In this document: one piece after another, positions 28,454 through 41,530 of the stretch
Position numbering within the stretch: the first letter of the stretch is position 1
How the letters are laid out: every line of letters starts with the position of its first letter
Assembly: GCA_030770535.1 (NCBI GenBank)
Contig: JASVEC010000010.1
Location: 744,001-808,000 of the forward strand
Direction of reading: 5' to 3'
Length of the DNA: 64,000 bases
Source: Batkoa obscura
Taxonomy: Eukaryota
Position numbers and translations under genes: made by a program
The notes under the pieces: model-generated
Told to the model about the DNA's origin: nothing
Seen by the model: the letters and a program-made list of their open reading frames with translations, nothing else
The model's database searches: none

Positions 28454-31400
28454 TCACAACCTCATCAACCCTTCTACCATCCCATGGAGTCTATCTAGCC
28501 CATATAACTTGGCCAAGCTTACCAATCCTTTATAATAACCTCTCATTTTATCTCCCATAAACTGTACATCCTTCACCTCAATTGTACAATTGCTGCATTT
28601 TGAGGGTAAAATGGAGGTAGGCATATGATCACATTTTGGGCATTCAACGTCCTGAACTTGGAATGCAGTTATATTTTGTTGCAATTGGATGATTAGTTGC
28701 TTTTCAACAATGGCTGTAGGATAGAGTGAAGAACAAGAGGGGCAGCACAGGCCTTCAAACTTCTCATTTTGAATTTGTACCAAATCATCCGTAGCTTTAT
28801 CTTTATTTAGAGGTGTTGATTCATCCACATTTTCATTGAAATAATTCATTTCATTATCCTCTTCTTCAGAATTAGATTCAAGGATTTTATCGATTTGGTG
28901 AGCTTCATTCTTATGATGGAGATTATTCTGTTGATCGATATCATTATCTAGCCTTTGCTGCATCTTCAAATTACTCATCGCTATTAAATGCTCATAAAAA
29001 TTGATCTCCCAGCTAAAATTACAATAACTGCATACTATTTTAGGCAATCGAAGCTGGGTTTCCCTGGCTGATTTATCCTTGTACAAACTACGAAAGCCTG
29101 ATTTTGTCTGGGGATTCTTTTTTGAAAGACTAGAATTTACGGACATATTACCTTGATTTATATTCTCTGTCCAATCGTGTACCACCTGAAATTTAGTTTC
29201 TGGTGCATATGGGCTGACATCGATGGCCTCGAACAGCTCAAACTTAATATCACTAAATAAATTGCTAAGTCGATGATCCAACTCGAACACTGCGAATGTG
29301 TTTTTGATCCATTCCATTGTGATAAACTTTAAATTATTATTCTGCGGATTTGAAAGATAGGGAGATCCTGGCAACATAGGAAATGCAAGTGCGGGATTAT
29401 CGCCATCGTTATCTGATGGATTTGTACATGTGAAGTCCCCAAGAATGCCAAATAGTCGCGCTTTTAGTGAGTTTACAACCATGTTGGTTATATCCACAAT
29501 TTCTTCTTCATTAACTTCTTCAATATTCTTTTCGACTCCATTGCTATTTAACTCTCTCCTAACTTGGTGTATGTCATAAATATACTTTCCAATAATGATA
29601 TCGAAATATGGCCTTACTAAAGAAGGTAAATAATGAGCAATAGACCAATTCATTTCTACATCTTTGAGCCAATACAATGCATCCTCTACATTAATAACGG
29701 GCGTTGATTCTAGTTGTTGGCTAGCTAACAAAGTAACTGCTAAACTCTTTTCAACTCTTTGATTCTCTTCTGCTTTATAAATAATCCCTCCATAGTTTGA
29801 TGGACTCATCCAGATTAGTCGATCCCAAAACAAGGTAATTGAAAGCCCTAAATTACGAAAGAGTGGTTTTTCTAAAATAGACTGCAGCACATATTCTGCA
29901 AACGAATGCCCATTTTTGCGTGACACTTTATTAGTACCCAAAATCAAGCGATGCGTAGTGGCATGAATAATAACTGCTCCAATAGATTTAATAAATACTA
30001 AAAGCTGAGCAAACAATTTTTTCATCAGGTAAATAATTAGAGCATGCAACTGAACATCGTACAACTTAGAGTCCATAGTAGACAACCAGCGGTAGCAGTG
30101 ATTCATCATTTGTTCATAAAATGGATTTCTGGTATGAATTAGCTCGTCGCACCATTTCTTTATCATATTTTTGAGAGTATCAAAGATCATTGGGTTAATT
30201 GAAGTAATATCGCCAACGGTGCCATCATTTATATTGTCAAAAGCATTTTTTTCATTATTTCCATTCATTTGTTTAAACCCACGAAATATGTTATTGGACT
30301 CACTGATTCCATACATGCTCGATCCCCCTTCTAACTCATTAATAAGATGGGAATTTAATATAGAATTGATTGCCAAATACTCTAATGAAATCTCAAAGCA
30401 GACCGAAGCATGCGCAGTTGGAAAGTTAAGGTTAGGTAATGTCATATCATTATCCACCAAGTACCTGAAATCATCAAATTCTTTACCTCCCAAATCAGGT
30501 AAATCGCTATCTGACCACCATAGCACTTGTTGGGTACTTCTTAATTGACGTGCAAATGTTATATCTGCAGCCATTAAAGGCAAGTCCTCACTGAGATTAC
30601 ATAGCGGTACATTGCTAAAATTTGCCCAAGCGATTTGATCTTTTAGCCATAAAGGTACTGAAAACAATTGGACTAGCATTGTAGTATAAACATAATTCTG
30701 CCATCCTAACGCTGGCATTTGTATCCTTTGATTCAAACTGGAGATATTCGCAATTGGATAATCATTAAAACCCTTAACTAAATAAGACAGCTCTTTAATG
30801 TGTGGCGAGTCCAATAGCAAGATGGTAGGGCCTAATTTGTTTGCTTGATACTGTACAATAAATTTTTGAACGGCTGACCAAGCGTTCTGTGGTTTATCAA
30901 AAAAGCTGGTTTCAAAGTTTACGTTATCTGGTAATATTAAATGCGGATTCTTATAATTATCTTTTACATAAGTTATGAATTGCGTTTGGTAAGTGCTTGT
31001 TAAATTAGGTAACTGTGAAATTGGCTTTTTTGACCCATCAACTACAAGTACTAGTCCATTTTTTGTAGCAGGTGAAAACACTAAGATCATGTGACGTAAT
31101 CCTTGAGTATAATGTAGTATTATTAGGTAATTTAGATGTATGTTATTATTTAAATATTGTCCTTGGGTAACAGGTTCTCTATAAAACATATCCAACTCAA
31201 AGTGTTGTGGAATAATTTGTCCAATATTATCTGAAATGGCACATATACAACCTAATTTAATCATTATATTATTGATAAGCTTAGTTTTTGATTCATAAGC
31301 GCCTTCCACATTACAATGATTGAATAATGAATTAAATTCTGTAAAATTGTTTTGATAATAGCTTTCATTTACTTGCAATTTTTGTAAGTTCATGGATGGA

Positions 31401-34400
31401 TAATTGCGTGGAAGTCGATGGTCAGATTTAGTAAATTTCATTGTACTATCATTATCTTCATTATCCATCCCATTAATGTCATTTGTTTTTACATTGAGAT
31501 AAACAGTTCTTGATACTTTAAGGCTGATGGTATGCATCTGTGAGTTGATCAAAATAAACATTTTAAAATAACCTGGCATATCCGTACCAGTAATTTGTAG
31601 TACTTGAAACGAAGCATACAGGTAAGGCCTTGTCATTTTATCATAACCAGATAATCGAATGTTATTTTTGATATCAGTTTGCTTATGGTTTGAATTCCTT
31701 TGTTTTTTGTTTTCAATACGTAATTGCCTATTTAATCTCCATTTTTTGTTTTGAAACTGAATCCATTCTGAATAATTGCCTTTTATATCAGGTCCCTTTT
31801 CTCGTTTAAGTAATTCTAGTGCTTCACCTGCCGTTGGTTCTTTTCTTTTTTTTGTAACCTTAGCAATGATATCCTTATAGATAGTTTTCCCTTGATGATA
31901 TGTTCCAAAATCTTCAATATCCTTTTCATTGTTATCTTTCTTAACCAATTGAAACATATCTGTAATACGACGTTGTTGGAAACGATCATTGGTCATAGAG
32001 ATTCTTTTAGATAACCAATCAGGATGTGGTACACGAGGTACAGGGTTGGGGACCTTTTGCATAGCAGCTGGAATGGTGATAATCTTTTGAATAACAGAAC
32101 CAAATCTTTCAATATAATACTCCCAATCTAAAATGTCTCTCAAATCAATGTGTTCCAAGGAAGGCTCTCTAAGCCACTTCCTTAAGAAATGAAATTTTAC
32201 TGCTTCGTTTGTTTCAAAAAAGATAGCAGTTGGTATGGCTCTTTCGGATACTGGAATGCCAACCGGGAACTTAGACACGATAAATTGACATGCTAATCCT
32301 TTATCTTTAACCATCTCATCCCCTAAAAATTCAGCTAATCGCTTAGCAGTTGATATAGATGTTGATTTTTGTTCACCATAATCTGACAATGACCGACTCA
32401 TGGATCTATTTTCGGCAATAAGCTCAAATAGCTCTGAATCCTGTAAACTTCCACCTTTAGAAAATAATATATTCAACCAATTATTGGCTACTTTAGCTAC
32501 AGCCTCATAACACTCTTTGAGGTTATCACCCTTTAAAAATTCAGCAAAAATCTGAGATTGAAAGATTTTAACCAGTTTAAGCTCACCTCTACGCTTAATC
32601 TCAAATCCCTTTAATTCTGCCAAACTACCATCCTTATTAAACACTGCATATCTTTTTTTTAATAATTTATCTGCTTCCTTAGATGCTGGTAAAATCATAG
32701 CACGGTATGGACCATCCACTTCAAAAAAGATACTATTTTCTGATCTTAAAGAATATTGATTGGTCACAGAATCAAGCTCATGGTATTGATCATTAGTGAA
32801 TTTATCATGTACTAAGTGGTTCAACATAGTACATGGGTATGATAGCTTAAAACTCTTTCCGTTTTTGAGTTTAAAGGCAAAGGTTTCTGGGAACGAAGAG
32901 GGTAAGATGCACCAGATACCATCCGTATCCAACTCTAAAGGTCTACCTATCTGATCCACCAACTGTCTAGCCATCTGTATAATCTTAGCTCCAGTCAAAC
33001 AAACAATACCACCCATTTCCATGGAATACCACCTTGATCCTTTTCTCATTACATAACCATAAAAAGAATTTAAAATACATTTATGCGCTAATTGTAGCGA
33101 ATCATACACAATCACCAATTTTTGAGCATTCTCCATTTCAGCTATTCGCCCTTCATTTTTTGCTTTTTCCACTTCAGATTTCCATTTCTTATGCAATCCT
33201 TTATACTCGTACCTCCGATCCCTAAAGTTTCTCACTGTATCAATATAAAATGGATTTTCTTTTTGGCATACTGTTGAAGTGCGTTCAATAACTTTACTAA
33301 TTTTTGTTTTTTTATATACTTTACTTGAATATGCTTTCAGCCTTTGCTTAATCATTTCACTCTGTTCTGAAGGACTCAGCATATCAAAAGTCCTATGTTT
33401 TGTATCCCCTTTTTTTCCGGGAAAACTTTCAATTCCCAGCTGATTACGTATCATATTTAGTTCACTTTGATTCGCTGGATAGTACTCCCCACGCCATGAC
33501 CAAGTCATTTTACGATCACACACTTTATCAGGAACATTAAAATTGCATGAGGCACATGTAGCTTCATCTACCATGGCATCCGGTTGCAATCGATTGGTTA
33601 AAATAATATTGGGATACATAGCACCTACATCCAAATGATAGATTAATGGAGTGACATAGATAGGTTTATCACTTTTGAGCGCCAACAACTTATCCTTGAT
33701 AGTCTGGTATACTTCTTCATAATTATCTACGTCTTCTAATTTAATACTACTTTCCACAGTTAATGAAAACTTTAAAGCATTGTCCAATTGATTAATTAAG
33801 GTATCTATACCTTTACTTTGTATATTAAAACGTTCTGGTATATCACTGCGAAATACTCCGGCTTCCAGTGCTTCTACATGGCCACCAACATATGTCTCTG
33901 ATTCTATTAAATGACCATTAAATAATTTTCCTTGGCTTTCATTGTGTTTATTGGGCATTAAAACATTGGCATTATATGCTTCTACCATTAGTAGGTACTC
34001 ACAAAGAGTACCTGAACCTTTCCTCAGCACATCATCTGCCATTGTAGGAATAATATTACACAGTGAAAAAATAAAAGGGTGTACATACTTCATATATAAA
34101 TAATATGTGGCTACTGCATCGGACACTGAATACCTGGCCAATGTTTCAGGCTCTTCCCTAGCGGCACGTACCATATCTTCTGGATCAAACTCTAGAGGTT
34201 GATAAGCTAGCTTAGCCTTAGCGACTGCTTTTAAACCATGAGAACCAGCTGGTAGATAACTGTCTCTCTTTACCCAAGATAAGCAATCCATATGGATACA
34301 ATAACTTGATTTATACTCATCGTTCTCATCTTTCTTAAAACCAATCTGAGAGTACATATCCAATCCATGATACTGTGCTCTCTTATCCACGAATGGCCAA

Positions 34401-35701
34401 TCAAAAAAATCTCCGTTATAAGTGGCAATCACGGTGGGTTTTAATTGTTTTATATGTTCAAAGAAGCGAATTAACAAGGACTTTTCATCTTTCTCATTAA
34501 AAATTTTAAATGCACCTTCCAAACCTTCCTTTGGATTGTACTCAAAATATAATATCTTTGGTAATAACATCACGATTAGTGATTAAATAACCTTCGCCAT
34601 CCACCATATATGAAATCATCATTACTGTATCAAATGAAGGATCTGGAAACTTTAATGATTGTTTTGTAGTCTCAATATCAAATGCTAACACTACTGGATC
34701 TGCACGATTCACTTTATCGGCTCGACGTGTTAAAATCACCCCATTGTCAGCGTCTTTATATAAACGTACATCATACCATAAACCTACTCTTAAATCTATT
34801 ATAGTTAATAAAACATATCCTAAAATTAATTTAATGAATTTACTATTGTCAATAGCTACACGACATAAATAAGGTACATCATATTCTCTTATACCGATAA
34901 TATTTTTTAACGCAGAATTTGCCAACTCAATGCCTCCCTGTTGTTTCTTTTGGTTAAAGTTAGGGTCTTTCATTGAAAATGGGTTTGAAGAAAACACTTC
35001 ATTGACTTCCATACCAGCCTCATTGGTTTGGGCAATCGGCAGTATAGTTTTTCTTACTGTAAGTAAATCTGATACATTCATAAAAGATAATTTTAATAGT
35101 TCTCTTTTGTTGCCAGAGAGATGGTTTTGCTAGCATGAAAAATAAAACCTTAATTGAACTCTTTAAAAATAGTAACTTTCAACTTACCAAAGCCAAATCT
35201 TCCTTTACAATCAATTCTATACTATCTATTAAGCTTGGGTACTGTCTCAATAAATAATCTTGTACCTCTCGATGTGTTTTATCCTATAATTTATCAATAT
35301 CATAAACATAAAAACCATTCTTTCAATTACCTTACACAGCACCAAAAAATACGGTTTATAAAAATAGGTCAACTTAAACGTATCGCCCGTTTCTAAAATA
35401 AAATAAAGGTCTACCCCAGCCCTTCCTTCTGGATGCTCAGCTTCTTGGACTAAGGCCTAATATTCATTATAAATCCTAAACTACAATCTAAGTACAAAAA
35501 CAAACTTACTGGCTGCATATTTACTAACCAGCCCAGTCTCATCTCTGAATCTGATACTTTATGGAAACCCATTGTTTCATCGACCATATCCGTTAAGTCC
35601 TGCCTTTTTAGCTCACTTACTTCGTTGTTGGAGTCTTTTTTAGAAGTATAACTGCTGCCTTTATCTTCCCATTTTTTATTGTTTTTATATTTGAAGGCCA
35701 T
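28454..35701 (-). CDS. POL2: DNA polymerase epsilon catalytic subunit; four 5' introns and one apparent frameshift at ~34547
   Basis: Exo I FDIETTK, YNGDFFD, Pol motifs HLDVGAMYPN, KCILNSFYGY, ELDTDG, C-terminal CysA/CysB. Confidence 0.97.
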
Positions 35702-35829
35702 TATTGTATACTTTTTAGCTCTTCTTTGGTATTCTAATTAGAGCCTTCTGATAAGAACCTTCGTCTTTGTTTAAAAGATTATTTTGATCTTTATTTTATC
35801 CATTTTGCTAACTATTTGGTGTGAGAAAA

Positions 35830-35946
35830 CACGAAATTGTGCAGCATGATCGATGCCATTGATTGGTTGTTAGTTTTAAAAAAATTGAAATTATCGGGAT
35901 GCTATTGGATTGTTATGGTGGTAAATATTTTTGCAAGAGCGCGTTT
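35830..35946. promoter_or_regulatory. POL2 promoter with SCB-like (CACGAAA), MCB-like (ACGCG core) and CCAAT elements
   Basis: CACGAAA 35830-35836; ATTGG at ~35862 and ~35904; GCGCGTTT 35939-35946. Confidence 0.45.
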
Positions 35947-36532
35947 GATGGATCAAGATATTTTAGGTAGGAAATGTATAGACTTTAATTGGTTGGATAG
36001 GAAAGACTTATAGTAGTGGGAGAAGTTCAATATTAGCGATATCTATTGAGAACAGTACATTTAATATGTTGTAAATGATATCCGGAGTTGATTTGGATCA
36101 ATCTATTACTTCTATAATCAGGAGATAAAATCTGATAATGTTTTAAGCAATAAAGTATTAAACAATATGGCTAAAAAACCAAAATCATAAGATCATACTA
36201 CATTAAAATGCTAAATGGAGATTTTAACTAATTTTTGATATAAATGAAATCAAAAACATAGTAAAAAAGTGTTTTTCTTACAAATTTATCAAAATCCTTT
36301 ATTTACACTAATAATAGAGTATTTAAAGCAAATCATCCTTAAAATCAAATGTTTATAAAATGCTTGACAAATTTAACCTTAATATGCGTTTAAAATTAGA
36401 TAAAAATCGTACCTTACTAGACCTTGTAAAAAGGCTTTAATATGTATCGTCAAATTTAGAAAACTCCATTTAAATCATAAAAAAAATCAAAAACCTTTAA
36501 TTTAAACGTTTGGTAGATAGTCATCTTTTATT

Positions 36533-36799
36533 CTACATTCTTCCTTGTCCACTTTGAATCTTGGTAACAATATGAATTGAAGTATCCAAGAACCTTTCTA
36601 CGCAATTTCTAAGGCATCCTTCTTCAGTAGAATCTAATTTATTACCAACCTTTCTTATGCATTTATCCCAACAGAGATCGGTTAATGTATGTACACTTTG
36701 TTGTACTCTAGCCTTAGCTTGTTCGTTTTCTATGAATTGACTCAACTCTTTTTTACTTTTATCATCTAATTGAAGGTTAGCCGTATCGATGGTATCCAT
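36533..36799 (-). CDS. TIM8: Mitochondrial small Tim chaperone Tim8
   Basis: ELSQFIENEQAKARVQQSVHTLTDLCWDKC...CLRNCVERFLDTS twin CX3C. Confidence 0.93.
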   Translation of the reverse strand: MDTIDTANLQLDDKSKKELSQFIENEQAKARVQQSVHTLTDLCWDKCIRKVGNKLDSTEEGCLRNCVERFLDTSIHIVTKIQSGQGRM

Positions 36800-37061
36800 G
36801 TTTTTAAAGTAGTTTAAGCTTGGATTTGTATAAAAAAGAAAATAATTTTTCAATAACTTATACTATAAGACTTTTTGAAAAATAATGGAATTGACCAATC
36901 AAAAGTTTCAATTTTTGGGACCTTTTTGAGCCTTTGAAGAAAAGATTTCAAATCAAAACTTTAAACTAATTAAATGAAAATAAAGCTTTAATAATATACT
37001 TTTAAATACTAATTTATTTAACTTCATAATAAATTCTTTCAAAATATTAAAACGATAGTTT

Positions 37062-38624
37062 TTAATTTTTACTTCTTTTAGCTTTTGGAGGGCCATTGGA
37101 AGGCGACATCAAGTCATTGTTTCTTTTACAAGTGGTATCCGAAATATTTAACGTCAACCACTTATGTTCTTTAAGTTTAGTAGCTTCTTCAAACATTTTA
37201 ACTTTCCTGCATACCTCTATAAACTCAATGAAATCCTTGTTTAAATGAGAAAGATCTGCATCTTTATCGTATGTAGTTTCCAATCCATCAAAGCACTGTA
37301 ATAAAATAGTGATGAAGTCTTCGACCAAAGTATCTTCATTTCCTTTAGCTTGATAAAAGTCACTTAAAACAAGATGAAAAGGCTCAGTACTAAATACAGA
37401 TAGCATGGATAGCTTCAAATACTTGAGTTGAATACCTTTCAAGTTCAAATACTCTATTGCATTCAATATTGAAATTGCTATCTTTTTGATATCATATTCC
37501 TCTAATGTAATATTCCTCTTCAAATACTGCCCCAAATTACCATAATTTCCTTGCTGAAAGAGTACTCCATATTTGGCATTTTCACTTATTAAAATTGGTC
37601 TTGAAATTATATTCTTATGCCCAAACTCATTATAAAAATCATACTCTTCTATCAATCCTTTATTTAAACTTTCTTCTTTTTCGTCATCACCATCAATCGT
37701 TTTCAATACGTATTTTCTCAAATTGTATTTATTTACTGCTAACCTTAATTTATATCCATTATCTTCTTTAGTTACTCCTTCTTCACTAACCTCATATGAA
37801 TCAAAAGAGTTTTCGCTTTCAATTAATTGATCATCTTTATTCAAAAACATGAATGAGGTCCTCAGGTAGGTGGTATCTTTCCCTCTAGCTAAGATATGGA
37901 TGATGTCCCCCGTTCGAATCTGATAATCTTTGTTATTATCGACCCTTTTTCCATTCAAATAAGTTCCATTTTTACTCCCTAAATCCTTTAGCACAAAATA
38001 AGTATTTTCATTTTCATTATCAAACTTTCTTTCAATCGAAAAGTGTAACCCTGAGATATGTGCCTCCAACAGTCGAAAGTGGCACTTATTCTTACGACCG
38101 ATTATATACTCCTCTAAGTCATCCAGAAGCATCAACTTCAATGGCGAGTTTAGACTCACCAATACACCCCATGTCTTTAAAGCTATAAAGCTCATCTTTT
38201 TATGTGCTATATTACTTGTTTCTTCACTTTCATCTAAAGCTTCATAATTTGTCAATACTGAACTTTCAGTCATTAACGTACTACTAGGTTCATTTCCAAT
38301 AATCAAGCTATCTGTACGAAGCAAACGAAGTCCATTTAATAGTGGTGACATTGAGTTTTCTTTATAAGGCAAGCGATCACTGTGCGGTAAAGCAATGTAG
38401 TTTTCATTACTTAATAGTGGATCGCTGTATTGTCCGTTGAATTGGATCACTTCTTGCTCTTGAGAAAGCAGACTTACATTGGCAATTGGAAACCGATAAT
38501 AGGACTGAGATAGGTTAGGTGTTGCTAGTAATGGAGTATCTTGTGAGTTAATAGATAGGGAACTAAACAACGGATTATCATTGGAATCCACAGAAATGGC
38601 TGAGTTAGGTGTTAGTTCTTCCAT
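37062..38624 (-). CDS. FHA-domain protein with degenerate Chk2/Rad53-like kinase domain (pseudokinase)
   Basis: FHA IIGR...ISGLH...DLGSKNGTYLNG; kinase-like YVLK, HKNII, GNLGQYL, but no HRD or DFG. Confidence 0.8.
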   Translation of the reverse strand: MEELTPNSAISVDSNDNPLFSSLSINSQDTPLLATPNLSQSYYRFPIANVSLLSQEQEVIQFNGQYSDPLLSNENYIALPHSDRLPYKENSMSPLLNGLRLLRTDSLIIGNEPSSTLMTESSVLTNYEALDESEETSNIAHKKMSFIALKTWGVLVSLNSPLKLMLLDDLEEYIIGRKNKCHFRLLEAHISGLHFSIERKFDNENENTYFVLKDLGSKNGTYLNGKRVDNNKDYQIRTGDIIHILARGKDTTYLRTSFMFLNKDDQLIESENSFDSYEVSEEGVTKEDNGYKLRLAVNKYNLRKYVLKTIDGDDEKEESLNKGLIEEYDFYNEFGHKNIISRPILISENAKYGVLFQQGNYGNLGQYLKRNITLEEYDIKKIAISILNAIEYLNLKGIQLKYLKLSMLSVFSTEPFHLVLSDFYQAKGNEDTLVEDFITILLQCFDGLETTYDKDADLSHLNKDFIEFIEVCRKVKMFEEATKLKEHKWLTLNISDTTCKRNNDLMSPSNGPPKAKRSKN

Positions 38625-39045
38625 CGTTTTTATTTATTAAGTTAAACGTTGCTACTTTTGCTGAAATGATTGAACTTGTATTGCTATTAATTCGGTTAAA
38701 ATGATTTCTTCCAAAAAGAATAAATATTGGTAAAATTCTAAATTTAAGTGTCATGTTGATTAAAAACAAATTGCATCCCTTAACTTTTAGAATATTTTGC
38801 AAAAATCCTATATAACATCTAGCAATAAAATTAAACTTTGATATAATGATAAAGATAAATTGTTAGTAATTTAGAAGTTGAATTGTTTGTAGTTATTAGG
38901 GTCTTATTTTTATTGTTACTATTTATAGATCATCGACTATTATTTACTAAATTGTTATCATTTCCCAACGAATGCTTAATATTTTGAATGTCAGTTATAT
39001 TTTTAATACTTAATTTCATTTTTTAAACATTTTTCCATTTTAAAT

Positions 39046-39327
39046 ATGGTATTAATATACAAAAAGATGACATTTTTTAAAGCTATGTTTATTCTAACTT
39101 TAATACTAAGTTAATCAAAACTTCCTAATTTTAGGTATGAACCAAGGATAACGTTAAATTATTGTGCAATGACTTTTCTTCAATGGTCCGGGACTCCTTT
39201 CCTTACAGGGATAATGAACCATATGTTACAAGAAGAAAAGCCTAATCAAAAACTATTATTGTTCAGCAATTTTGTACCAAATAGGTTAAGTGTGAACAAC
39301 ATTTACATACTTTTATATGAAGTTTAA
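39046..39327 (+). CDS. Possible small two-exon ORF, unknown product
   Basis: Joining across a weak GT..TTTTAG intron gives MVLIYKKMTFFKAMYEPRITLNYCAMTFLQWSGTPFLTG...; locally higher GC. Confidence 0.2.
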
Positions 39328-39723
39328 AAATAAAGTAGCTTATCTATAACTCATATTCTATATGTTAATTCTGTTTTATAAATTTTTACCTAAAATAATA
39401 CTTTATATTAAAAAGCAATCAAAACAAATCATTTGTAAATTACCAACATCTTAAGTAATATAAGCATATAGTTTAAACTAAAAAAATGCTATAATTGATA
39501 GATGAATATAATAAAAATAAAAATACTATAAATACAAACATCTTTTCAATTTTATTTTAATAATCCTTTATTGCACACTTATAAACTATTATTATGCTAC
39601 TCTATTCATCAATTCATGAGTTTAAATGAAGCAATAATATTTATATATATTATTATTTTAAAAGTATTACATATTTCAACTTATCATATTTAAATATTTA
39701 CTAATTACTAGTTTACTTTAACA

Positions 39724-40470
39724 TTAAATCCTGCTTTTCTTCTTTTTCCTAAAAAAATTAACTACATCAACTAGAGACTGTTACTTTGAACTTACTTTCA
39801 ATTTTAAATGAAACTTATACCAATCTGGGAGCTCATTAGGTAAATTAAGTAAATCCAAATCAAAAAGTTCAATAAAATGCTCGATAACCAGCCTCGATTT
39901 TGATTTAGCGAAATTCCTATACTATAAACAAATTACTATATTGTCATTCCATTACCAATTTATAGTACCTCAACAACAATAGAGTTAAAATTCCAATCTT
40001 GTAACTTTCTTAAACAGCCTACAAATGCCCCAGTTTCATGAATCCCTGAACTTAATATATATAAATATACATTTTAAAAAGAGACATTTAACTTACGTGC
40101 ATGTTATCAATATTGGATGTAACCTGGGTTCCATAACCAACTCTAAACCTTCCTTAACTAAGTCCTCGCTCAATGGTTTCCAACTTAAATTAACTTTAAA
40201 TGACTTTTTGTTTCCCAAATGAAACTGTAATTGTTATTAATTATTTTTAAATGATGAATACTATTAATAAACAAATACCAACTGAATCTGGTTTTCTGCC
40301 AAAAAATTGCTAACCGTTTTACTTGGTGCCTCTTCGGATAACATTATTAATGAATTGATTGTCTTATATTTTAAATAGCTAAAATGGTTTGGTTTGATAT
40401 TTTCGCTACGATAAATTCCTGTCTCTACAATACTAAACGTGTCTGGTGGATTGATTTGTGTCTTATTCAT
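39724..40470 (-). CDS. Siw14/OCA-family phosphatase-like protein, multi-exon; 3' end approximate
   Basis: PPDTFSIVETGIYRS...HPILITCTSGIHETGAFVGCLRKLQDWNFNSIVVEYRNFA...FIELFD. Confidence 0.85.
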
Positions 40471-40584
40471 TTTGTTAAAAAAATAAACGTTGCATTTTTA
40501 ATTTGATTTATTTGATTGGTAATCTTAAACTGTAGATTGATAAAATCAATTCTGAACTTTTTTAAATTAAATTTTATAGTAAAT

Positions 40585-41477
40585 ATGAGTGAACTTAGAC
40601 AACGTAAAGAAGAACATAGAAAAGAAATTGAAGTAACAAAAGAAGATTTAAACGCAAGTAGTACTACACCAAGGGAGTTAATAAGAAGATTTTTTACTTG
40701 GCTTGGTTTTGTTTTGATATGTAACGTTTTGGCTTCTTATTTAATTACTGAATCTTTTACTTGGGGTTATAAAAATAAGTATACTAACTGGAGAACTTAT
40801 ATTCCTGTAATATTTAATGTAAAATAGCGAAAATAGTAATTAACGTATTAATAGAGAAAACAGATTACTTTCACTCCAAAAGAGCTAGCTAAATATGATG
40901 GTACAAACCCAGACTTGCCTATTTATATTGCTATAGAGTAAACAACTTTTATGAAAAAATGCGATCCTTCTAAATTTTAATTTAGTGGTGAGGTTTATGA
41001 TGTTACGAACGGAAAAATGTATTATGGAAAGGTATTTCATTTCTCTTTTTTTATTTCTCTTTTTATTTCTGCTTTTATTTAATTTAAAAGGGAGGAAGTT
41101 ATCATTTCTTTTCTGGTAAAGATGCGGCTCGTGCTTATGTTACTGGATGCTTCAAAACTCATCTTACTCATGATTTGAGAGGTTTGGATGAACATGATAT
41201 TGAGGTAATGATGGTACATAATAATTACATGTAGTATAAAGCATATTGTAATGCTATACATTTTTAAAAACATACTATTTTTTGGTGCTAATACTAATTA
41301 AATAATACTTAGGGAGTTAAAGATTGGCAAGAGTTTTATCGCAATCATGAAACTTATTATAAAATTGGTAATGTAATCCATGAGCCTATTGACCCCGACT
41401 CCCCTATTCCAGAAGACTGCAAAGTAGATGGCAAAAGAAAAGCATCAGAAACAGTACAAAATGCAAATAAAAGCTGA
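40585..41477 (+). CDS. Membrane-anchored cytochrome b5-like heme/steroid-binding protein (MAPR/neuferricin-like), 5 exons
   Basis: N-terminal TM; ELAKYDGTNPDLPIYIAI, VYDVT, YHFFSGKDAARAYVTGCF, LTHDLRGL. Confidence 0.9.
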
Positions 41478-41530
41478 CTCAATTTTTATTGAATAATAAG
41501 TTATATTTTATTATTAAATATATATTTTAT

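Noticed and set aside
30171..35396. Plus-strand ORFs 30171, 33034, 34930 and 35154
   Set aside because: Antisense shadows of POL2.
41205..41312. Unusually long (~108 nt) intron as a possible snoRNA host
   Set aside because: ATGATG present but no CTGA box D or convincing H/ACA hairpins.
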